DNA from: Betaproteobacteria bacterium
GTDB lineage: Bacteria; Pseudomonadota; Gammaproteobacteria; Burkholderiales; SG8-41
DNA: 64,000 nt
Direction: 5' to 3'
NCBI GenBank assembly: GCA_021732605.1
Contig: JAKFUS010000011.1
Coordinates: 4,226-68,225, forward strand
In this document: positions 18,433 to 24,902 of the stretch, piece by piece
Layout: every line of letters begins with the position of its first letter
How positions within the stretch are numbered: position 1 is the first letter of the stretch
Position numbers and translations under genes: made by a program
Notes under the pieces: model-generated
Told to the model about the DNA's origin: nothing
Database searches by the model: none
The model's input: the letters and a program-made list of their open reading frames with translations, nothing else

Positions 18433-18866
18433 TACAAGGGTGGGTATTCCATACACCGGCGGTAAATGTGGAAAAGACCACCATGCTGTCGGATAAGTTG
18501 GAGCAGTGTCCAAGGTGACACGAAAGTGTGTCCCAAAAATCTCCTTTGTCTCCAGGCAAATTCCAGCAGGAAAAACAAGCTAACGGCGATTGAATCCACG
18601 AGTAGAGCGGCGAGTTCCCAACCTTGTGGCCATGTTATGAACAAGTGTTTGATGCCCAAAAGGATTGGAAATATGCCCCAGATCATGGTTAATCTTCGCG
18701 TATACATTGCCAGTTCAGTCGGCAATGTTCCACCTGCTTCTATGGTGGCTATAGCGGTAATCAGGGGAGTCTTGTCTCGGCGCAGAGTGCTAAGAAAGAC
18801 GAAGGATATGCTGGCATTGACGGCCAGCGGCAGCAGTTGAATCCAAGGGCTGGTCAGGCTCACCAT
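18432..18866 (-). CDS. Small integral membrane protein
   Basis: 144 aa with 4 hydrophobic segments. Sits between the ACP and the AMP-ligase. Confidence 0.5.
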   Translation of the reverse strand: MVSLTSPWIQLLPLAVNASISFVFLSTLRRDKTPLITAIATIEAGGTLPTELAMYTRRLTMIWGIFPILLGIKHLFITWPQGWELAALLVDSIAVSLFFLLEFAWRQRRFLGHTFVSPWTLLQLIRQHGGLFHIYRRCMEYPPL

Positions 18867-18930
18867 TTAGCTGCAATTGGTTTTGGGGTTAAAAATTTTT
18901 CAGTATCCTGCTGCAACCTGCCAATCCAGT

Positions 18931-19194
18931 TTATTTCGTTCGATGCTGGGCGATATGATTTGCTAGAGACGTTAGATTGGAAAATATTATTTTATTATTA
19001 TCGCCATCGGAGCGTAACTGAAAACCATAGCGCTTAGAAATAGCGAGAGAAAGTTCAAGAATATCGATTGAATCAAGTCCGATGCCGTCCTCGCCGAACA
19101 ATGACATTTTTGGATCAATCATATTCGCCGACTGTTCCAAATTAAGTATTGAAACTACAAGCTCTGAAAGTTCTGCAACGATATCGTTAGGCAT
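18931..19194 (-). CDS. Acyl carrier protein
   Basis: 87 aa. GLDSIDILEL holds the phosphopantetheine-attachment Ser motif. Confidence 0.8.
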   Translation of the reverse strand: MPNDIVAELSELVVSILNLEQSANMIDPKMSLFGEDGIGLDSIDILELSLAISKRYGFQLRSDGDNNKIIFSNLTSLANHIAQHRTK

Positions 19195-19203
19195 CTTGAT
19201 CTC

Positions 19204-19237
19204 AAAAAATAAAAAACGGAGCTAAATAGCCCCGTTT
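19204..19237 (-). terminator. Rho-independent terminator after the lipoprotein gene
   Basis: Minus strand reads aacggggctatttagctccgtt followed by ttttttatttttt. Confidence 0.6.
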
Positions 19238-19245
19238 AATTAAAA

Positions 19246-19629
19246 TCACATTGTTCGCAGTTGAACGTCGATGGCTTTTTGCAGATTTTGAACCCATCCC
19301 GTGTAATTTTTATGGATGCTTGTCCCAGTGTAGTCCAGATTCACACTGTCCTTGTAAGTGATGCTGTACTGTGTTGCGCTGTAAGGTATGTCCACTACGG
19401 CCTTGTGGGCGCGCAACGATAAGGTGCCAATTAGCGCATCTGGCCCATTGTCCGTGATTTGCCATCCGAGGGTGCTTCCGGCGCGCACTATGGCCGTGCG
19501 AACGTCCGCCTTGGAAATGTTCGCTTTATTGGAAGACACTGCAACGCTATCCACATTGTAGATTGTTGCTGTGCGGCAAGCTCCTAGAAAAATAGCAAGC
19601 AATGCGATCAGACCAAATTTTAATTTCAT
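19246..19629 (-). CDS. Lipoprotein of unknown function
   Basis: Lipobox FLGAC. 127 aa. Low GC. Confidence 0.55.
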   Translation of the reverse strand: MKLKFGLIALLAIFLGACRTATIYNVDSVAVSSNKANISKADVRTAIVRAGSTLGWQITDNGPDALIGTLSLRAHKAVVDIPYSATQYSITYKDSVNLDYTGTSIHKNYTGWVQNLQKAIDVQLRTM

Positions 19630-19830
19630 AAGCCCCCCAAGGTAATTGTTTGAGATTTAACTTATTTTTCTCGTTTATCAAGAAAACAAGGCCGATAGTA
19701 AACGAGGTGCGAACCTAGCAACATTCTTAATGTAAACGGAATAATGTGCAAGAAGAACTTTGGCGTCTCGACGATCCTTCGTAAGCCATATAACAGCCAA
19801 TGCGGTTTGTCTCCTGGATTGCAAAAAGAG

Positions 19831-20592
19831 TTAGTTCGCGCCATCAATTTTATGAGTGATCCAACCATCACTTGGTTTGACTGCCACAAGATTCATCAAT
19901 GTTTCCACTCGATTGCCTTGAGAAGGTATTTTCTTGATACGCAGCTTGCTCAACAAGCCAAGGTCTGTGCGGCTCCACCAAAGGTAAGGAAATGAAATGC
20001 GCCCCGGCTCAACTTGGAATCCAGCATTTCGAATGAGGGTGAGGTACTCATCAGCGCTTTTTTGAGCATCCATCGGGTGGCGAAACAGCAATTTGATAAT
20101 CCATGAATGAATGTATTCGCGCATCGACTCAGCAAACAAAAGCAGGCCGCCGGGCTTAATTACTCGGTAAAATTCCTCGATTGCGAGTTCATGCTCAACC
20201 AAGTGATGGAAAGTCTGGTGGCAAAACAAAATGTCAACGCTATTGTCTGGCAAACCAATGGCAGTGCAGTTCTCTAAACGTAAATCGACCTGAACTCCAT
20301 CACTTTGAGCCTGAATTCGTGATTTTTCGAGCATCTGAGGCATTACGTCAATGCCTATCAAGACTCGTGGGTTAAAGGCATGCTTTAGTAGTCGAAATGA
20401 TTTTCCTTGACCGCAACCAACATCAAGTACCACATCAGCATTGGTTAGACGTGATTTTCCAATTAAGTTAAGCAAATTCTCGACCGCAACTTCAAGCACA
20501 AATTTGACCCAGGTCTCGCTACCAAGAAACCAAATGCCAAATCGCGTTTCAGGAACAAATTCGAACTGGGTTAATTTTTTTTCATTGTCCAT
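19831..20592 (-). CDS. Class I SAM-dependent methyltransferase
   Basis: VLDVGCGQGKS motif I and IKPGGLLLF post-motif. 253 aa. Confidence 0.75.
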   Translation of the reverse strand: MDNEKKLTQFEFVPETRFGIWFLGSETWVKFVLEVAVENLLNLIGKSRLTNADVVLDVGCGQGKSFRLLKHAFNPRVLIGIDVMPQMLEKSRIQAQSDGVQVDLRLENCTAIGLPDNSVDILFCHQTFHHLVEHELAIEEFYRVIKPGGLLLFAESMREYIHSWIIKLLFRHPMDAQKSADEYLTLIRNAGFQVEPGRISFPYLWWSRTDLGLLSKLRIKKIPSQGNRVETLMNLVAVKPSDGWITHKIDGAN

Positions 20593-20597
20593 GGCTA

Positions 20598-20909
20598 TTA
20601 AAGGCGATTAAGGAGTTCCTTCTTCTTCGCCTCAAATTCCTCTTTAGTTCTGATTCCGCGGTCGTGAAGGCCTTTAATTCGCTCCGGGTTTTTTAGTGCG
20701 TCGTCTTTACTATGGCCAGATGTCGCAGGAGATAACGTTGTCGCTAGAAACCCGTGAGCAATTTGAAAGGCTTGTTTTTCGGACATATTATAAAGAATTC
20801 GCTCTTTGGAGCCCTCTGGTTGGAGCGTGGAAAAGTACATCCAGCAACCGGTCAGCAGCGTAGGCAGAATAAACAGCACTGCTAATATGGTCACGTGGCC
20901 TGCCTTCAA
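20598..20909 (-). CDS. Small lipoprotein with a C-terminal SHOCT-like domain
   Basis: Lipobox LLTGC. The C-terminus IKGLHDRGIRTKEEFEAKKKELLNRL resembles the SHOCT short C-terminal domain. Confidence 0.5.
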   Translation of the reverse strand: MKAGHVTILAVLFILPTLLTGCWMYFSTLQPEGSKERILYNMSEKQAFQIAHGFLATTLSPATSGHSKDDALKNPERIKGLHDRGIRTKEEFEAKKKELLNRL

Positions 20910-20923
20910 GAATTAGCTGGGGG

Positions 20924-21175
20924 TTGATGTGGAAGGGGGCGATTCTGTTAAAACTATACCTGCATGAAGCCATTGTGTTGTCGTTGGGCGGAGTATTGGC
21001 CATCATCGGCTACTCTTGCGTCGATGCTTTTGCCAACCTGACGACCGTTGCGGGCTTCGGCCTGCTGGCGTTTTCCAGCGTGCCGATACTGCAGGCAATG
21101 GGCGTGACTGTGGCGCCGGGGGTGGTCCTCGCGCTGATTTATGCGGCAATTTTTGCCAGGCAATCCGATGCCTAG
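20924..21175 (+). pseudogene. C-terminal fragment of a second MMPL-type exporter gene
   Basis: TTVAGFGLLAFSSVPILQAMGVTVAPGVVLALIYAAIF parallels the C-terminus of the intact exporter (STLIGFGALAVSSTPVLHSIGITSFCGTAFSFLF). Only 83 aa remain, and the fragment abuts the low-GC block. Confidence 0.45.
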
Positions 21176-21989
21176 CTGGCAACCGACGTTTTTGATCCGC
21201 CTGTCGATTGCGCTGCATCTGTCGGCCTTGATGCTGATTGCCGTAGAGCCGGGACAGTGGCGCTGGGCGCTGGGGATCATCATCGCCAATCATATTGTGC
21301 TGACGCTGGCCGGGTTGTGGCCGCGCTGCAACTGGCTGGGCTCCAACTGGACGCAGTTGCCGGCCGCAGCCATCGCCAGAAATGAAGTGGCGATGACCAT
21401 CGACGATGGTCCCGACCCCCTTGTTACGCCGCAGGTGCTGGATATCCTGGAGCGCCATGCGGTTCACGCCACTTTTTTCTGTATTGGCGACAAAGCGGAG
21501 CGTTACCCGGAGTTGTGCCGGGAAATTGTGCGTCGTGGGCATGCCCTGGAAAATCACAGCCAGCATCATCGCCACAGCTTTGCATTCCTCGGTTACTCCG
21601 GTTTCATGCGTGAATTGCAGGCTGCGCAGGACACCTTGGCTTTGATTACCGGCCAGCGCCCGGTTTTTTTTCGCGCGCCGGCCGGCCTGCGCAATCCGCT
21701 GCTGGATCCGGTGCTGCATCGCTTGGGATTACAACTGGCGAGCTGGTCGATACGGGGTTTCGATACCCGCATCGGCGATGCTGAACGTGTCAAAAGCAGA
21801 CTGTTGCGCGGCCTGCGACCCGGCGCTATTTTGTTGTTGCACGACGGCAATGCTGCGCGTACTGCCGCAGGCATCCCTGTTATTCTTGAAGTGCTTCCTG
21901 CTGTTCTGGCGGCCGCCGCGGCAGCGAAACTGAATTTTGTCACCCTGCGTCAGGCCAGCGGTGATTGCAAATCACGGGGGACGACATGA
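21168..21989 (+). CDS. Polysaccharide deacetylase (NodB homology domain) family protein
   Basis: MTIDDGPDP...ATFFCIG...GHALENHSQHH...FRAPAGL...LLLHDG motifs, with an N-terminal TM segment. Confidence 0.75.
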   Translation: MPSWQPTFLIRLSIALHLSALMLIAVEPGQWRWALGIIIANHIVLTLAGLWPRCNWLGSNWTQLPAAAIARNEVAMTIDDGPDPLVTPQVLDILERHAVHATFFCIGDKAERYPELCREIVRRGHALENHSQHHRHSFAFLGYSGFMRELQAAQDTLALITGQRPVFFRAPAGLRNPLLDPVLHRLGLQLASWSIRGFDTRIGDAERVKSRLLRGLRPGAILLLHDGNAARTAAGIPVILEVLPAVLAAAAAAKLNFVTLRQASGDCKSRGTT

Positions 21990-22939
21990 AATCGGAAGTG
22001 CTGTTGTATGTGGACGAAGCACTGGGCAGCTACGGCTTTCCCGACGGCCATCCCTGGGGGCCGGACCGGCAGAATGCGTTCTGGGCGGAGGCCGCCAAAC
22101 AGAAACTCGACAAGTCGGCGCTGATCTGTGGCTCGCGCGCGGCGAGTACTGCGGAGATTGAGCGTTTCCACGGCGAGGACCATGTGCTGCGTGTGCAGCA
22201 GTTGTCGGATCGCGGTTATGGCGCCATTGATGCCGGTGATACCCCCGCGTTCCCCGGGGTTTATGAAGCCTCGGCGCATGTCGTCGGCGCCGCCCTCGAC
22301 GGCCTGCAGCGCATCATCGCCGGTGATGCGCTGCGCAGCTTCCAGCCCATCGGCGGTCTGCATCACGCCTCACGCGACCATGCTGCCGGATTCTGCGTGT
22401 TCAACGATTGCGGCGTGGTTATCGATACGCTGCGTGCCCAGTACGGCATCCAGCGCGTCGCCTATGTCGATATCGATGTGCATCACGGCGACGGCTTGTA
22501 CTACCCGTACGAATCCGATCCCGATCTGATTTATGCCGACATCCATGAAGACGGGCGTTTTCTGTATCCGGGCACTGGTGCCGACAGCGAGCGCGGCAAG
22601 GGCGGTGGCGCGGGATTAAAACTCAACATCCCCATGCAGCCGGGTTCTACAGATATGCAATTCATGAAGGCCTGGGAACGCGTTGAAGACCACCTGCGCC
22701 AGCACAAACCCGAATTCATCGTGTTCCAGGCCGGCGCCGACAGCATTGCCGGTGACCCGCTGGCACACCTGCAGTACACACCCAAAGCGCATGCACATGC
22801 GGCGCAGCGCCTGTGTGTGCTGGCAAACGAACTGTGCGGTGGCCGCATCATGGGTTTCGGTGGCGGCGGTTACAACCGCAACAACCTCGCGCTGGGCTGG
22901 TGTGGCGTGTTGAATGCATTCATTCGTGGCTCGGAGTAG
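21986..22939 (+). CDS. Histone deacetylase-family amidohydrolase (AcuC/AphA-like)
   Basis: GGLHHASRDHAAGFCVFND and DIDVHHGDG zinc-binding motifs. ATGA overlap with the upstream deacetylase. Confidence 0.8.
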   Translation: MKSEVLLYVDEALGSYGFPDGHPWGPDRQNAFWAEAAKQKLDKSALICGSRAASTAEIERFHGEDHVLRVQQLSDRGYGAIDAGDTPAFPGVYEASAHVVGAALDGLQRIIAGDALRSFQPIGGLHHASRDHAAGFCVFNDCGVVIDTLRAQYGIQRVAYVDIDVHHGDGLYYPYESDPDLIYADIHEDGRFLYPGTGADSERGKGGGAGLKLNIPMQPGSTDMQFMKAWERVEDHLRQHKPEFIVFQAGADSIAGDPLAHLQYTPKAHAHAAQRLCVLANELCGGRIMGFGGGGYNRNNLALGWCGVLNAFIRGSE

Positions 22940-22949
22940 GGATGTTTAA

Positions 22950-23106
22950 AAAGTCAACAGCAAAGTCAACAGCAAAGTCAACAGCAGCCACAGAGGTCAC
23001 AGAGGCCACAGAGAAGAGCAAAACCAATCCGGGTTTTTGAAAAATGACTTTTGATATTCATGTTTTTGACCTTGATTTCCTCTGTGTTCTCTGTGACCTC
23101 TGTGGC
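22950..23106. repeat. Composite intergenic repeat: 12-bp tandem x3, 9-bp tandem x3, and 18-bp inverted-repeat arms 84 bp apart
   Basis: aaagtcaacagc x3 (22950-22985). ycacagagr x3 (22988-23014; the third copy ends in a). gccacagaggtcacagag (22987-23004) is the reverse complement of ctctgtgacctctgtggc (23089-23106). Confidence 0.85.
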
Positions 23107-23131
23107 TAAAAGTTTTTGACCTGAATCTCAC

Positions 23132-24163
23132 ATGAAAACCATCAAACTCAGCGTCCTCGACCAGTCACCCGTGATCAGCGGGCACTCGCCGCAGCAGGCG
23201 ATACAGCAAACCCTGCGCCTGGCGCAGGCGGCGGAAGAACTCGGTTACCACCGTTACTGGTGCGCCGAACATCATTCGATCATGGCGCTCGCCGATCCCT
23301 GCCCGGAAATCCTGGTGACGCGGTTGGCCGCGGCGACGAAGACCATCCGCGTCGGCACCGACGGCGTGCTGCTGCCGTACTACAGCCCGCTGAAAGTGGC
23401 AGAGCAGTTCCGCATGCTCGAGGCCTTGTTCCCGGGGCGCATTGATCTCGGCATCGGCCGCGCGCCCGGCGGTGACCAGGCGACCGCGACGGCAATGGGG
23501 CAGGGTCGTTACCCCTCGGCCGATGATTTTCCGGAGCAGGTGCAGTATCTGGCGGCTTATCTCGATGATGATCTGCCCGACGGTCATCCGTTTCGCCAGG
23601 TCAGGGCGCAGCCCGCGGGGGACACCAGCCCGCAGATCTGGCTGCTGGGTTCTTCGGATTACAGCGGGGCGCTGGCAGCACAACTCGGCCTGCGCTTTGC
23701 GTTCGCGCATTTCATCAGTGCGCGCGGCGGTGATGTGGTGATGCGCGATTACAAAAAACGTTACCAGCCGTCACCGCGTGAACCGCAGCCGCAGGCGCTG
23801 GTGTGTGTGTTCGTGATCTGTGCCGACACGCAGGCGCAGGCGGAGCGGCTGGCGCAAAGCGTCGATTTGCGCCGGCTGAATATGGATTACGGCGTCAATG
23901 CGCCGGTGCCGACGCTGGAAGAGGCTGAGCGTTATCCGTACACCGATGCGGACCGCCAGCGCATTGCACAGCATCACCGGCGGCGCGTCGTGCTCGGCAC
24001 GCCGGACGTCGTCAAACAGCGGCTGCTGGAAATCCAGGCGGAATTTGAAGCCGATGAACTGATGGTGATCACCATTACCGGTGATTACGACTCGCGCTTG
24101 CGCTCGTATGAACTGCTGGCCGGGGTTTTTGCGCTGGAGCGTCCGGCGGCAACGGCAGCGTAA
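23132..24163 (+). CDS. Luciferase-like (LLM class) flavin-dependent oxidoreductase
   Basis: MKTIKLSVLDQSPV...LGYHRYWCAEHHS has the typical LLM N-terminus. 343 aa. Confidence 0.75.
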   Translation: MKTIKLSVLDQSPVISGHSPQQAIQQTLRLAQAAEELGYHRYWCAEHHSIMALADPCPEILVTRLAAATKTIRVGTDGVLLPYYSPLKVAEQFRMLEALFPGRIDLGIGRAPGGDQATATAMGQGRYPSADDFPEQVQYLAAYLDDDLPDGHPFRQVRAQPAGDTSPQIWLLGSSDYSGALAAQLGLRFAFAHFISARGGDVVMRDYKKRYQPSPREPQPQALVCVFVICADTQAQAERLAQSVDLRRLNMDYGVNAPVPTLEEAERYPYTDADRQRIAQHHRRRVVLGTPDVVKQRLLEIQAEFEADELMVITITGDYDSRLRSYELLAGVFALERPAATAA

Positions 24164-24206
24164 CGGCGGGCAGGAAGCCAGCGCATGATCCGCCTTGCAA
24201 AACGGG

Positions 24207-24243
24207 AAAAATAATTTAATAAAATCAAATACTTAAATAATTT
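24207..24243 (-). repeat. AT-rich intergenic motif copy (c)
   Basis: Reverse complement reads ttaagtatttgattttattaaattattttt. The plus strand contains aATCAAatacTTA. Confidence 0.6.
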
Positions 24244-24272
24244 ATGGCAGGGGCATTACGGATTTTTAATAG

Positions 24273-24797
24273 ACCGATGGCAAAAGCGGCCGTGCTTCGA
24301 GGCTGCAGCCGGGTGGCGAAATCACGCCGAGCCGGGCCGTGGTGCAAAGCACCGGTTACGGCTACCGGCTCAAGGCGGGTGCGTTGAAAAGGGAGTTTGC
24401 AATGGGCGGTCATTTGCAGCACCTGGCACTGCGCTTCACACAGGCCTTGATCACGCAGATGGCGCAAACCGCCGTATGCAACCGGCACCATACGGTCGAC
24501 CAGCAATTGTGCCGTTGGCTATTGATGAGCATGGACCGCTTGCCGGGCAATGAACTGATCATGACTCAGGAGTTGATTGCAAACATGCTCGGTGTGCGCC
24601 GGGAGGGTGTCACCGAGGCGGCCGGCAAGTTGCAGGTGGCCGGGTTGATTCATTACAGCCGTGGCAAAATCACCGTGCTCGATCGTCCAAAGCTGGAAAA
24701 ACGCGTATGCGAGTGTTACGCCGTGGTGAAAAAAGAGTTCGATCGCCTGCTGCCGGATCATCTCCAGCGCAAGGCAATCACGGCCGTCCGCGGGTAG
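24273..24797 (+). pseudogene. Crp/Fnr-family regulator lacking its N-terminal cNMP-binding domain (5'-truncated)
   Basis: The open frame starts right after a TAG at 24270. GGEITPSRAVVQSTGYGYRLKAG is the end of the beta-roll, followed by the dimerisation helix and the HTH (MTQELIANMLGVRREGVTEAAGKL). About 80-100 aa of the sensor domain are missing. An AT-rich junction lies upstream. Confidence 0.6.
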
Positions 24798-24902
24798 TGT
24801 CCCAACGCGGGAAAACAGGGGCGCAGGTTTTGCCAATGCGGGCATGAGGCGGTCCGGGCGCGCGACCACCTTGGCCATTGATGATTGCGCGCTTCAGTCT
24901 GA

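Noticed and set aside
19662-19889. 75-aa minus-strand ORF in the gap between the methyltransferase and lipoprotein genes.
   Set aside because: It overlaps the 3' end of the methyltransferase gene in another frame, has no SD, and its composition is not protein-like. The 200-bp gap is treated as non-coding.
22942-23040. 32-codon ORF MFKKSTAKSTAKSTAATEVTEATEKSKTNPGF starting 3 nt after the HDAC-like stop.
   Set aside because: Its sequence is dictated entirely by the tandem repeats, and there is no independent evidence of coding. It is kept only as a note inside the repeat finding.
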